Assembly: GCA_964019425.1 (NCBI GenBank)
Contig: OZ025797.1
Span: 496,001-560,000, forward strand
DNA from: Flectonema sp. DT1601
Taxonomy: Eukaryota
Length of the DNA: 64,000 bases
Direction: 5' to 3'
Positions within the stretch are counted from its first letter, which is position 1. Each line of letters starts with the position of its first letter. This document shows, piece after piece, positions 34,514-48,076 of this stretch. The position numbers and the translations under genes are program-made. The notes below the pieces were generated by a model, which ran no database searches, was not told the DNA's origin, and was given only the letters and a program-made list of their open reading frames with translations.

Positions 34514-37417
34514 ACCCAATTTTTTTCTCCTTTACTGGTAGCTGTTCTCGCGGTTAAAATCACAACAGGATTTGTGTCCTGGTAAACGTTTCTTATTTAT
34601 CCAATTGTCCCCCTTCAACTTTCCTTTCGAGGAAAGCTGACATCGCAACTATTCATGTTAGTCGTGTGATTGATGAGACGATCCCTTCCCTACTCCTCCC
34701 CTTTTTTTTAATAGTATTATTATTTCTGTTTGTTTTCTATGTTACCCCAGCTCTCATTAACCTCTCAATTATTAGTAACTCGCCTGGTTCCCACCCCCCT
34801 CTTTCCGTAAGCTTATCATATTATAGTTTAGCAGTAGTAGTAGTTTGCTCGCTGAACCATTGCTTATTTTGACATGCAAGTCGGTATTATAAAGTTTGTT
34901 TGTTAATTTTGTTTCACTCTCATCGAAACGAAGTTCTCCAATGCGCAACCAAAAAAATAATTTAAAGTTTTTTTTTTTTTTTTTTTTTCCCGTGTCAGAT
35001 TTGTTTGTCGCAGTTAGTTCAGCAAAACTGGTTTTCTACTCAAAAAAAGAAAATATATGAATATACCTGAATCCTGAAAAACTGGTGAACTTACGGTGAT
35101 ATCGTTTCTAAACATGATTATGCCTCGATCCTTTTGTTTTTGTTTTTATGTTCCTAACTACTCTCCTGCTTCAACGCATTAACAAATGAATGTTTGAGCT
35201 TTGTTTGTTTTTCCTCTTTTTTGCGTTGAGAGCGGTGAATTAGTTTTTTTTTTTCCTTTTTTTTTTTTTAGTATCGAAAATAATTAGTTGTTTTTACCAT
35301 CGTGTATTTCATCTTCTGGGATAAACATCTCGGGAGCGCGAACAAAGTACCATCAGATTAACTCTTTCTGGTTAGGTAAATCGCCTGGTTAATTTTCAAT
35401 TCATTTTTTTTATTTTTAGAACAGAAAACGTTTGCTGTGCGAGAGTTCTGGAGAACATCTGAATTGCGTAAGTTCCTCCCCAGCCAAAGTAGTTCTATTT
35501 TTATATCCTTGTTGGGTGGAGACAGGACATGAACAGATTACTGCGGGGATGGAATTGGTCAGCATTACCTGCTTGCTTTAGAGCATACATGGTTACTAAG
35601 AGCTTCGAATACCGTCAACTGAATAAGTGTAAACAAACAACATAACTGCCGTCTGTTGCAAATACGTAGACGTGGATGCTCTCTCAAGCAACCTCTGTCA
35701 ATCACTCGGAGCTCATTGGAATCTTACTAAAAATATGTTTTTTGTTACTTTGTCTTTCTCTTCCCTCTTCTCCTCCCCTCTTCTATTCGTTTCTTATAGT
35801 TTATTTTACCAGCATTTCTGTTTTTTAGGAAGTTGGTGGCTCTGATCCAAATTATTTGTTTTACTGCTCAGAGTTAGTGTAATTATGATACTTGTCAGTT
35901 CTTATTTTTGTGTAGAAAAGAAATCTCATTAAAAAAAAAGAATTTGCATTCCAGTAGAGTGAGATTGCACGTCTTATTTCCTCTTTTTTTTTTTTTTTTT
36001 TATTATTTTTTTTTTAATAACGTTGTTTGTTGGACGTTTCAAAAAGAAATTTTCGAACAATCTGGTGGGTCAGCTTCAGGCTGTGAGCGGATTGCTTGCG
36101 GACTCTCAGACTTGAGTACTTTTTGGTGTCTTTTTTAGTTTCCCGATCCCTACCCCAAGCCCAGATCACAACTGGTACAAAAACTAACAACTACGAATTA
36201 TCGACACCCTCTTTGAACTGAAATTGTTATTTTCATGGTGCAGTCACGTATGCTTTTCGTACAATCTTTTCTTTTGTTTCTGATCTTCTTTGTCTTGAAC
36301 ATTATTATCCAACAAACTGTTTTAATTTGTGAAGGTCTTTAGTATTGAATCACTTCTACCACTTGTCTGATGGAACTGAAACTTTTTACTTTCAGAATCC
36401 TAACATTGGCATTAAACAAATAAATCAGAACTGAGAAATTAGTTGATGATCTCAAATAGTAATTTGCCTCTGAACTGTTTACTCTGAATACTATTTAATA
36501 TTTCCTTTCTTTGTCTTGTTACTGAATTATTTCTTTCTCTTAATTCTTAATTCGTAGTGTGTATTCGCATTGCTGTTATCTTTGTTCTTTTTCCCCCTTT
36601 TCTATTTCCTTTCCATATAATGTGGTGGTGGGCTTTCATTAGCTGACCTTCACCATATCTTTTTTATTCTCTTCGAGTTGGGTTAGGTAGGAGCTCACCT
36701 CCGAAAGAGTCTCGAGTCTTTACTTATGAAAGCAGAAGTCAGTAAATAAAGATTTGACGAAGGAGGTACCATTGGTACGCTGTAAGGTCTTTAGTAGTCA
36801 TCTGTGTGTTGTTCTGATGAGGTTCTATCATTTTGGTCGCAGTTAGTACAGTTGTTGTAGTACGTGTATGCCGCCCACCTTACTGTATCGTTCCTTACTT
36901 TTCAGCATTCACTGTTGATATATTGACAGCAAAAACTAGATACCATCGCAAGCGCTGGTTCATTCTTCTTTGTTTTCAATCTTTCATGGAGAATGCTTTA
37001 CCTATCTTTGCTTGCTTTATTTTCGATTTCCCGTTCTATTCTTTTGTTTTCTTTCTTCTTACTAAAATGAAGGTATTTATCGTAACTGTAATTATGAAAA
37101 CGTTAAGGAACACAAGGAAAAAAAGACAACCAAATGAGAAAGTTTCCTGAGAGAATTTAACAAACAATGTTTCCTCTCTTTGCATTTTTGATCTTCTTTT
37201 TGTTTGTAAAGCGACTCGGATACCTTACAGCACCTTCATCCTTAAGAATAGAACTTCACTCTGTTGTTCACTTCGAGGACTTGTCCACGGAGCTTTCTCA
37301 ATTTTAACTTCAGAAAGTCAAACAACGATCGCTACAATTTGAAAAGTAGTCTCAGTGAAGATCTGTTTGAATCCAGTTATTCCCTTCCACTCATCAGAGT
37401 AACTCACAAACCACAAA

Positions 37418-38945
37418 ATGGCAACTGACGGAAAGGACCATTTGTCCATCGTGATCTGCGGTCACGTTGACAGTGGAAAGTCGACCACCACCGGACGTCT
37501 CCTCTTCGAGTTGGGAGGAATCCCAGAGCGTGAGATGGAGAAGTTGAAGGCCGAGGCCGAGCGTCTTGGAAAGCAATCGTTCGCCTTCGCGTTCTACATG
37601 GACCGTCAGAAGGAAGAGCGTGAGAGAGGTGTGACCATCGCCTGTACCACCAAGGAGTTCTTCACAGACAAGTGGCACTACACCGTCATCGACGCCCCAG
37701 GACACAGAGATTTCATCAAGAACATGATCACTGGAGCCTCCCAGGCCGATGTTGCTCTTCTCATGGTTCCAGCTGACGGTAACTTCGTCAGTGCCATCGC
37801 CCGTGGAAACCACAAGGCCGGAGAGATCCAGGGACAAACCCGTCAGCACGCTCGTCTTATCAACTTGTTGGGAGTAAAGCAGTTGATCGTCGGAATCAAC
37901 AAGATGGACTGTGATGTCGCCAAGTACAAGGAGGAGAGATTCACTGAGATCAAGGAAGAGATGAAGAGTATGCTTATCAAGACTGGATGGAAGAAGGACT
38001 TCGTTGAGAAGTCTGTTCCAGTCATCCCAATCTCAGGATGGATCGGAGACAACTTGTTGAAGAAGTCTGTGAAGATGGACTGGTGGAAGGGACAGGAAGT
38101 CCTCATCGGAGCTGATGAGAAGCTTCACATCAACACCCTCAGAGATGCCTTGAACGACATGGTTCGTATGCCTGAGCGTAAGAACGACGCCCCAATGAGA
38201 ATGCCTGTCTCAGGAGTCTACAAGGTTTGTGATTATTTTTATCGTGTTAGGAGTTGCTGTCTGTTTCAAGGGTGACGTTGTTGAATAGCAAGAAAAGCAA
38301 AATTCCAAAAAAATACAAATACAAATACAAATACAGATTAAGGGAGTTGGTGATGTCATCACTGGACGTGTTGAGCAGGGAATTGTCAAGCCTGGTGAGG
38401 AAGTTCTCTTCCTTCCAACCCACACTGCCGCCAACGCGTGCACTGGAAAGGTTTTCACCTGTGAAATGCACCACAAGCGTACTGACGAGGCCAAGGCCGG
38501 AGACAACGTTGGTCTTAACGTCAAGGGACTTAACAAGGATAACATGCCTCGTACCGGAGACGTGATGGTGTACAAGAAGGACGGATCCTTGAAGGAGGCC
38601 GGAACCTTCACTGCCCAGGTTCAGATCCTTGACCACCCTGGTGAGTTGAAGGTTGGATACACTCCAGTATGCTTCGTGCGTACCGGAAGATCCGCTGTGA
38701 GAATGACCCAGTTGGTATGGAAGATGGGTAAAGAGACCGGAGGAAAGAAGGCTGAGGAACCCCACTGCCTGAAGGCTAACGAGATGGCTGAGGTCGTGTT
38801 CACCCCACAACAGCCACTTGTTGTTGACTCCTTCAAGAACTGCGAGGGTCTTTCCCGTGTCGCTATCATGGAGGGTAACGGTGTTGTCATGCTTGGAAAG
38901 GTCACCAAGACCACTGAGAAGGTTGCCGCCACCAAGAAGAAGTAA
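37418..38945 (+). CDS. EFL: Elongation factor-like GTPase EFL, copy 1, join(37418..38224,38337..38945), 471 aa
   Basis: GHVDSGKSTT, LFELGGIPERE, FAFAFYMDRQKEERERGVTIACTTKEFFT and ARGNHKAGEIQGQTRQHARL are EFL rather than eEF1A signatures; GT-AG intron 38225-38336. Confidence 0.95.
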
Positions 38946-39455
38946 GAACAAGGCCAGCTTTTCATATTTATAATCAATTTCCTCATCCCCATCTCCTCCC
39001 TGAGTTCGCTGATCTCTTTAATTAGTTTTCGGATTTACTGAAGCTTTATTATTGGGTTATTTGATTTTATTTTTAATTGGGGTATTTTCATTTTTTATTT
39101 TGATCTTTTTTTATTTTTTTTTTTGGTTCTCTTATTTAGTTCCTATTTTCTTTATTCTCCTGTCCTCGCTTTCTCTTTTGCAATTTTTTTTTCTTTTTGC
39201 CTTGGATCACCTTTATAGAAATACAAAAACATGTTTATATTTTTCAGTTTCATTTGTTGAGCAGGTCCACATAAAATGATATAGAAAAGATAGTAAAAAT
39301 AGTTGCAAAGGAAACTCTCAGAGAAACAAACAAGTTATAACAGTGTTGCTTAATGTTGTCAAACTAGCTCAGCATATTTACAAGCAGTAGTCTAAACACA
39401 TAACAACCAGATTTATCTAAACCTTTGTTTTCAATTTTAGTCAGTTTCAAGTTAA

Positions 39456-41136
39456 CCCTTACACCACCGTAAGAACCCCCAAAACAACGGGTCCAGAATT
39501 TTACTGTTTTTTCAAAAAGAGAAAGGGTACCCCCCCAGAAAACCTATGTACCAAACCGGACACAACTACTACTACGGGTCAATAGCACCTGTCACCCGCA
39601 CACCTAACGGTGCGTACCTTGGTGCGTTGTTGCACATTCAGCAGAACTAACAAAGTCGGCAGTGTCGCACTAACGTACTCAACGGTTTCCATTCATAGCA
39701 GCTGCATGTTATTCCCTTCCCGTATTTTGAAAGGGATGATGTTTCTGCGCAACATCATGTCAGAGGGAGCCCAAGTAAAGAGAATGCCAAATCACGGCCG
39801 ATATTAAATCGAAAAATCAGATTTTTTCCTGTTTTTTTGAGCTTGTAAAAGCCCTCTGTGGTAGCGGAAAATACACAAACAACCTGCATCATGGCACAGC
39901 AGGTTCAGACACACAGGAGGATTACCACATCGGGGTTGATAAGCTCGAAAAATATAAATAACATCGATCCCAGATCATGGAACTTCATTAGTAACAGTGC
40001 AGCTACTCAGATCAGACCGTGTTGGGCTGGATCTATAAACTTCCACCTCTTTACCCCACCAGCCTGGCATACTGGATTTTTGGGAAGTTGGCGGTTTAGG
40101 AACATCACAAGGAATTTTGTAGTTTTGGAGGATGTGATACCTTTTGAAACATGGGTAAGCACAAAGCGCTTGGTTGCATCGCTCACAGTAATCCAGTGAT
40201 TGTGCGCGCTTTGTGCGAACTGCGCACTGACGAGCCTTTTCCATCTTTCCGGGGTAGTGTCCCAAAGCTGGCTTGAGGCGATCAGGGATTGATACTGATT
40301 GTGGAGAAGGCGGTACTGATGGTGTTATTAATAGTGTTGGTGCCGCTCTATAAGCTGCCCAAACAACGCCAATTTGAAGGATAAGAATCTCTAGATTCAC
40401 TACTATCCGTCCAAATTCCACCATGCCCACGTCGCATCAGGATAAAGGAATTCAAGATACACGTCTCCACTTCGGATCCTCATGCTCGGGAGCAGGTAAT
40501 ATCGCAGAGAAGTGTAAGTTCCTCTGTGAAAACACTTGCGGAAAGAACAACAGGGGGGTCAACAGCATGTCATTCAAACCCCAGGAATCCCCCAGGTTAG
40601 ATTTTATTGGGAGGCGCGTCAGTAGTGTTGTGCCAACAAAGGCCCTTAGCTCCTGTGTGTACTGGTTTTAAATTTTCTTCCCTCTGTGAGGCATAGACCT
40701 CAGAGTTTTTCTTCATCAGCTGGAAAACTGATTATCTGAAGAAAAACTCAAAAACCTGCAGCTCCGACTTGCCTGCAACTCTAATCTTTAACGTTTCTTG
40801 GAAACGTGTTTTATTCTTGGTAACCCTTGTCACCTCCCCCCCATTTGGGGTCAGATACTTCGTCAAGTGACGAATCGGAGCACACCGACGATGGATTAAC
40901 AAATACTGTTGCATCCTCATCAGAACTGTGGACCGACATATTTCCCAAGTTGATTTTGGCCAGCTATAGCAAATGGAGAATTTACCATTTAATAAAAACT
41001 ATTGCGGCGCAACACGTAAGGAACATAAAAGACATCGCAATAATACCTCTCCCGTGAAATCGTTGTACTCAGAAATGCAAAATTTTCACTTAGCAAAAAA
41101 AAAAATTTTTTTTTTCAGACTCCGGTGGTGTAAGGG
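39456..41136 (-). mobile_element. Internally deleted piggyBac transposon (1,681 bp)
   Basis: TTAA TSD at 39452-39455 and 41137-41140; perfect 14-bp TIR CCCTTACACCACCG; transposase remnants inside. Confidence 0.93.
39975..40939 (-). pseudogene. piggyBac transposase remnant
   Basis: Acidic N-terminus (MSVHSSDED...), VFEFFF, ELRAFVG..LL...DSW....LTP...LHF and C-terminal Cys-rich RQCAV...YCERCNQALCAYPCFKRYH; frameshifts and stops, and too short to contain the DDD core. Confidence 0.8.
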
Positions 41137-41593
41137 TTAATTACAATCCCTCAGCACGGGTTCACCTTTTTTTTGAGACGACATTCTCAAGAGCAAGATG
41201 GAAGTCATTTTAAATGACTAAAAAAGGGACGCAGAGATCAGACAAGCGGACATCTCGTCGCTGTTGTGACAGCGGAGGGCGACTAACATATTCCCAACCT
41301 ACAAACAGTTTTGTATTGTAGTTTTTAGGACTTCAAGAAAGATTGATAGAAGAACAAGAATACTTACCAACTTATGTGTTGCTATTTTGCCATTTGCTCC
41401 TTTACGCGGATAAGGACTTTATCTTTTTATTTATTTCTCTCTAGGCTCCAACGAAAGAAATGTAAATCATTTATAGGTGCGGCAAAATGGAAAACTAAGA
41501 TATAATAAGTTCGGCACTAATATAATCTCCGTGAGGATCTGTTTGATTCCAGTTATTCCCTTCCACTCATCAGAGTAACTCACAAACCACAAA

Positions 41594-43155
41594 ATGGCAA
41601 CTGACGGAAAGGACCATTTGTCCATCGTGATCTGCGGTCACGTTGACAGTGGAAAGTCGACCACCACCGGACGTCTCCTCTTCGAGTTGGGAGGAATCCC
41701 AGAGCGTGAGATGGAGAAGTTGAAGGCCGAGGCCGAGCGTCTTGGAAAGCAATCGTTCGCCTTCGCGTTCTACATGGACCGTCAGAAGGAAGAGCGTGAG
41801 AGAGGTGTGACCATCGCCTGTACCACCAAGGAGTTCTTCACAGACAAGTGGCACTACACCGTCATCGACGCCCCAGGACACAGAGATTTCATCAAGAACA
41901 TGATCACTGGAGCCTCCCAGGCCGATGTTGCTCTTCTCATGGTTCCAGCTGACGGTAACTTCGTCAGTGCCATCGCCCGTGGAAACCACAAGGCCGGAGA
42001 GATCCAGGGACAAACCCGTCAGCACGCTCGTCTTATCAACTTGTTGGGAGTAAAGCAGTTGATCGTCGGAATCAACAAGATGGACTGTGATGTCGCCAAG
42101 TACAAGGAGGAGAGATTCACTGAGATCAAGGAAGAGATGAAGAGTATGCTTATCAAGACTGGATGGAAGAAGGACTTCGTTGAGAAGTCTGTTCCAGTCA
42201 TCCCAATCTCAGGATGGATCGGAGACAACTTGTTGAAGAAGTCTGTGAAGATGGACTGGTGGAAGGGACAGGAAGTCCTCATCGGAGCTGATGAGAAGCT
42301 TCACATCAACACCCTCAGAGATGCCTTGAACGACATGGTTCGTATGCCTGAGCGTAAGAACGACGCCCCAATGAGAATGCCTGTCTCAGGAGTCTACAAG
42401 GTATGGTGATCTTTTGAATTGTTTAGGGGCTAGATGTCCCTTTTTACACAGTATCGATCCGTGGGAATCTTTCTTTGGTTATCTTTGCGTCACATTTTCT
42501 GTGAGCTCTGCTGCTGCTCATTCAAACAAACAAACACTGAAAACAGATTAAGGGAGTTGGTGATGTCATCACTGGACGTGTTGAGCAGGGAATTGTTAAG
42601 CCTGGTGAGGAAGTTCTCTTCCTTCCAACCCACACTGCCGCCAACGCGTGCACTGGAAAGGTTTTCACCTGTGAAATGCACCACAAGCGTACTGACGAGG
42701 CCAAGGCCGGAGACAACGTTGGTCTTAACGTCAAGGGACTTAACAAGGATAACATGCCTCGTACCGGAGACGTGATGGTGTACAAGAAGGACGGATCCTT
42801 GAAGGAGGCCGGAACCTTCACTGCCCAGGTTCAGATCCTTGACCACCCTGGTGAGTTGAAGGTTGGATACACTCCAGTATGCTTCGTGCGTACCGGAAGA
42901 TCCGCTGTGAGAATGACCCAGTTGGTATGGAAGATGGGTAAAGAGACCGGAGGAAAGAAGGCTGAGGAACCCCACTGCCTGAAGGCTAACGAGATGGCTG
43001 AGGTCGTGTTCACCCCACAACAGCCACTTGTTGTTGACTCCTTCAAGAACTGCGAGGGTCTTTCCCGTGTCGCTATCATGGAGGGTAACGGTGTTGTCAT
43101 GCTTGGAAAGGTCACCAAGACCACTGAGAAGGTTGCCGCCACCAAGAAGAAGTAA
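41594..43155 (+). CDS. EFL: EFL copy 2, join(41594..42400,42547..43155)
   Basis: Protein identical to copy 1; different 146-nt intron (42401-42546) at the same position. Confidence 0.95.
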
Positions 43156-43395
43156 GAACAAGGTTGAAATAATTATTACTTCCCCTCCCCTGTTTTCTTG
43201 CTGCAGACTTGACATCTGCAACAAGTATTTTTCGTTCTTTTTTATCCGCTTTCTCACAAGTACTTTTATTTTGTTTGGTGGTGTTCGTCATCCCAAACGT
43301 ATTTTCGAATCAGAGCTGGGTAGGAGTTTTAGCGAACATTTGCAATAAAAACTGAAATCACTTTACCTCCTGCAGACTAGTTCGCAAACTACAAA

Positions 43396-44923
43396 ATGGC
43401 AACTGACGGAAAGGACCATTTGTCCATCGTGATCTGCGGTCACGTTGACAGTGGAAAGTCGACCACCACCGGACGTCTCCTCTTCGAGTTGGGAGGAATC
43501 CCAGAGCGTGAGATGGAGAAGTTGAAGGCCGAGGCCGAGCGTCTTGGAAAGCAATCGTTCGCCTTCGCGTTCTACATGGACCGTCAGAAGGAAGAGCGTG
43601 AGAGAGGTGTGACCATCGCCTGTACCACCAAGGAGTTCTTCACAGACAAGTGGCACTACACCGTCATCGACGCCCCAGGACACAGAGATTTCATCAAGAA
43701 CATGATCACTGGAGCCTCCCAGGCCGATGTTGCTCTTCTCATGGTTCCAGCTGACGGTAACTTCGTCAGTGCCATCGCCCGTGGAAACCACAAGGCCGGA
43801 GAGATCCAGGGACAAACCCGTCAGCACGCTCGTCTTATCAACTTGTTGGGAGTAAAGCAGTTGATCGTCGGAATCAACAAGATGGACTGTGATGTCGCCA
43901 AGTACAAGGAGGAGAGATTCACTGAGATCAAGGAAGAGATGAAGAGTATGCTTATCAAGACTGGATGGAAGAAGGACTTCGTTGAGAAGTCTGTTCCAGT
44001 CATCCCAATCTCAGGATGGATCGGAGACAACTTGTTGAAGAAGTCTGTGAAGATGGACTGGTGGAAGGGACAGGAAGTCCTCATCGGAGCTGATGAGAAG
44101 CTTCACATCAACACCCTCAGAGATGCCTTGAACGACATGGTTCGTATGCCTGAGCGTAAGAACGACGCCCCAATGAGAATGCCTGTCTCAGGAGTCTACA
44201 AGGTTTGTGATTATTTTTATCGTGTTAGGAGTTGCTGTCTGTTTCAAGGGTGACGTTGTTGAATAGCAAGAAAAGCAAAATTCCAAAAAAATACAAATAC
44301 AAATACAAATACAGATTAAGGGAGTTGGTGATGTCATCACTGGACGTGTTGAGCAGGGAATTGTCAAGCCTGGTGAGGAAGTTCTCTTCCTTCCAACCCA
44401 CACTGCCGCCAACGCGTGCACTGGAAAGGTTTTCACCTGTGAAATGCACCACAAGCGTACTGACGAGGCCAAGGCCGGAGACAACGTTGGTCTTAACGTC
44501 AAGGGACTTAACAAGGATAACATGCCTCGTACCGGAGACGTGATGGTGTACAAGAAGGACGGATCCTTGAAGGAGGCCGGAACCTTCACTGCCCAGGTTC
44601 AGATCCTTGACCACCCTGGTGAGTTGAAGGTTGGATACACTCCAGTATGCTTCGTGCGTACCGGAAGATCCGCTGTGAGAATGACCCAGTTGGTATGGAA
44701 GATGGGTAAAGAGACCGGAGGAAAGAAGGCTGAGGAACCCCACTGCCTGAAGGCTAACGAGATGGCTGAGGTCGTGTTCACCCCACAACAGCCACTTGTT
44801 GTTGACTCCTTCAAGAACTGCGAGGGTCTTTCCCGTGTCGCTATCATGGAGGGTAACGGTGTTGTCATGCTTGGAAAGGTCACCAAGACCACTGAGAAGG
44901 TTGCCGCCACCAAGAAGAAGTAG
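43396..44923 (+). CDS. EFL: EFL copy 3, join(43396..44202,44315..44923)
   Basis: Protein identical; intron 44203-44314 reads identical to that of copy 1. Confidence 0.95.
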
Positions 44924-45364
44924 AAGTATTTCATCAAATGCAAACATCAATATTAGCTCACCATTTCTTTTTTCCTTTTTTATTGTCAAACGGATTTACT
45001 TTTTTTATTTTAACAAGCCTTTCGATGAAACTACAGGTGATTCATGTGAGTTTAATGTTTTGTTTCATCGATTTCTTTTATTTGTCAAAGTTAGCAATCG
45101 TTCTGCAGTAAGCTAATTCCTTTTTTTTTCTGCCTGGGATACTTTTATTCTTTTTCCAGTTTTTTTTTATTCTCAATTTTCCTAAGTTCTTTTTTTTTGT
45201 TGATTCTTGCAACTGAGAAAGCCAACGTAATCGAGTTTTGTAATAATTTTCTTTTCAACAGCGTACAGGAATATCCTTTAGAAGTGCTAAGCCAAACGGA
45301 AGTTTTGTTTCCTTCATTGAAATTCATTCTTTTCATTATTTTATTTGGCACAGACACAACAAAC

Positions 45365-46741
45365 ATGCGAATTGCAGCGACCCTATTCTGCGCTTCGGTA
45401 GCACTCGCAGCACCGGAAGCGGATTTAGTAACAAATCTTCCTGGTTATGGTAAACCAAAGAATCCGCAGTACAGTGGGTTTTTAAAAGTTAATGATCCAC
45501 AAGGTGAATTATATTATCATTATTGGCTTGCGAGATCTCCTTCTGAGAAAGATCCAGTCGTCTTGTGGATGAATGGAGGTCCAGGTGCCAGTAGTATTGG
45601 TTATGGATTATTCACAGAGATGGGACCTTTTGCTCTCGATGAGTCATCACTTCAAAACAAAACAACACCAGGCATCCCTGACGTACATGATAATCCAAAT
45701 GCTTGGAGTAATGTCGCAAACATGTTATTCTTAGAACATCCTCCTTCTGTTGGGTATTCATATTGTGATGGGACTGGCTCACCAAAGAATGCGACGTGTT
45801 CTTGGAATGACACTACTCAGGCGGCAGCATCTTATGGAGCTGTGAAAGAGTTCTTCGAGACTTTCCCTGAGTTTAAAGAAAATGATTTCTTTGTAACTGG
45901 AGAGTCGTACGGTGGAATGTACGTTCCAACTCTCGTTGAGGAGATTTACAAACATCAAGATGAAGTTCCGAATTTGAAAGGATTCGCCATCGGTAATGGA
46001 ATTGTTGGTCACAAAGATACCTTCCCAGGAAAGGACGGAATTAGGGCTAAATTCCTTCACGAAAAGGCATTCATGTCTGAGAAGACTTGGGACGGTATTT
46101 GTAAAGTTTGCGGGGACTTCAATAATGTGTCAGAGACTTGTCAGCGTGAGATAGATGCAGCTTCTAAAGCAGTTGGTCCATATTACGTTTATAATGTTTA
46201 TGATACTTGTGGTTCTGATCAATCTGTTAAGCCTTGGTTGTGGTCTGAAGAAAAGATTCAATCACTAACAAGAATAGAACAACCTGATAGTTACCCTTGT
46301 GGATCACATAAAGCTACTGCTACTTGGATAAACTTACCAGCTGTGAGGGAAGCTATTCATGTTCCTTCGGAATCATTTTATGGACATGAGTTCGCTCTTG
46401 AAGCAGGTAAGTACTTAGTATATGACGAGTCTCGTCCTCATTTGTTGGATGTTTATCCAAAACTGACTGCCAGATATAAAGGTCTTATTTATAACGGAGA
46501 CTTTGATGGTTGTGTTCCTTATGTTCACGCAGAGGGTTGGACATCATCATTTAACTACAGAGAGGTATCACCATGGCATCCATGGATTGTTGACCAACAG
46601 GTAGCTGGTTACACTATTCGTTACGATCACAACAACTTTACCTTTGCGACTGTTAAGGGAGCAGGCCACATGGTCCCGCAGTACAAATCTCGGGAAGCTC
46701 TTCATCTAATCACCGCTTTCATTAACGGAAATGAATTATAA
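45365..46741 (+). CDS. Secreted/lysosomal serine carboxypeptidase (S10)
   Basis: Signal peptide MRIAATLFCASVALA, WMNGGPGASS, GESYGG (Ser), NGDFDGCVP (Asp), VKGAGHMVP (His). Confidence 0.93.
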   Translation: MRIAATLFCASVALAAPEADLVTNLPGYGKPKNPQYSGFLKVNDPQGELYYHYWLARSPSEKDPVVLWMNGGPGASSIGYGLFTEMGPFALDESSLQNKTTPGIPDVHDNPNAWSNVANMLFLEHPPSVGYSYCDGTGSPKNATCSWNDTTQAAASYGAVKEFFETFPEFKENDFFVTGESYGGMYVPTLVEEIYKHQDEVPNLKGFAIGNGIVGHKDTFPGKDGIRAKFLHEKAFMSEKTWDGICKVCGDFNNVSETCQREIDAASKAVGPYYVYNVYDTCGSDQSVKPWLWSEEKIQSLTRIEQPDSYPCGSHKATATWINLPAVREAIHVPSESFYGHEFALEAGKYLVYDESRPHLLDVYPKLTARYKGLIYNGDFDGCVPYVHAEGWTSSFNYREVSPWHPWIVDQQVAGYTIRYDHNNFTFATVKGAGHMVPQYKSREALHLITAFINGNEL

Positions 46742-47143
46742 TTTAATTACTTGTTTTTCGAAACGTTTGTTCTCCCCGCGGCAGGTTGGCTATAAAACCA
46801 GTCGACTTACTACACAAATAACCTTATAAGGACTACGTGTGCGTCCATTGTTTTAAAAAAATTGTATCTTCGCAAAAGATTTTTTCTTTTTTTTGCGAGG
46901 GTTTTTACGTTCGCTCTACAAAAGTGTTCCATTTTTGAAAAAGCTGAAATATATCTGCGCTGTCATCAGTACCAGACCGTCCCTAATTGTACGTGCAACT
47001 TACTATTGTTATGGAGACTAGTGTGGATTATTATTATTTATTATTACGCTGTACAGAGAATTCTCACACATGTTATCAACAAGTTACTTCTCTTCTATTC
47101 TCTTCGTAAGCCACTTCTCAGGTCTTAAATTATAAAAAATAAA

Positions 47144-48076
47144 ATGATGGACATCCCTATTGGAATAGCAAACATAGGAAATACTTGTTATATGAATTCA
47201 ATACTTCAGGTGTTACAAGTTTTATTTAATAATTCTCTTTTTATGGAACGGGATGTCAAGTTACAATCTAAGCAACCGTTGCTAACCTCGATGAGAATGT
47301 TTAGTCAGAGTGATGCACATCCCAAAGATGCATCAAATATAAAAAGAACAATGGCTGCATCACACACCATGATGAGGGGATTTGACCAACAAGATGCACA
47401 TGAATTCCTTCTGACAGCGTTGAATGATTTAAATAATGAGTTACGACATTCATCACATAATGAAATTAAAGCCACCTTCGGTGGTGAGCAACAAACATCT
47501 ACAAAGTGCTTAGGATGTCAAAATACGACTACTATGAAATCAGAATTCATAGATTTACCAGCAATCATACCGAAATCAAAAAATATTAATTTCTTATCTT
47601 CATCACTTGTCAGAAGTATTCCTTTCATCGGAACATCGCTAAACCATAAACTGATCGACTGTTTGACTGAATCTTTCAAAACTGAAACGATATCAGACTA
47701 CAAGTGTTCTTCATGTAATAAAGTAGTTGATTGCGAACGGTCAACTGTAATAAATAATTCTCCGGAAGTTTTGATTATTCATCTCCAGAGATTCACACCA
47801 ATGTTGGTAAAATTAAATGATGTTATAAATATTCCTTTTACACTTTCTTTATCAAAGTTTGAACAGTCGAGTTCATCATCGTACCGATTGTTTGCGACGG
47901 TTAATCATTTTGGTACATTTAACTTCGGACACTACACTGCCATCGTCAACAATCAATCTAACGGATGGTATACTTGTGATGATAGTCAGATATTAGAGAT
48001 GAGTCAGCCACAGGGTCGATCGTTCTCCTCATCAGATCCTTATTTGTTATTCTACAAGAAGGTATCAAATAATTAA
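47144..48076 (+). CDS. Compact ubiquitin-specific protease (C19), catalytic domain only
   Basis: Cys box GIANIGNTCYMNSILQ, QQDAHEFL, CxxC pairs, His box NHFG...GHYTA, CDDS. Confidence 0.92.
   Translation: MMDIPIGIANIGNTCYMNSILQVLQVLFNNSLFMERDVKLQSKQPLLTSMRMFSQSDAHPKDASNIKRTMAASHTMMRGFDQQDAHEFLLTALNDLNNELRHSSHNEIKATFGGEQQTSTKCLGCQNTTTMKSEFIDLPAIIPKSKNINFLSSSLVRSIPFIGTSLNHKLIDCLTESFKTETISDYKCSSCNKVVDCERSTVINNSPEVLIIHLQRFTPMLVKLNDVINIPFTLSLSKFEQSSSSSYRLFATVNHFGTFNFGHYTAIVNNQSNGWYTCDDSQILEMSQPQGRSFSSSDPYLLFYKKVSNN

Noticed and set aside
32400..37300. Phe/Lys-rich short ORFs in intergenic DNA (also 1554-1806, 18621-19076, 55812-57803)
   Set aside because: Produced by poly(T)/poly(A) tracts; no domain signal.
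37394..44989. Long antisense ORFs over the EFL genes
   Set aside because: By-product of strong codon bias in highly expressed genes; repeated with each copy.
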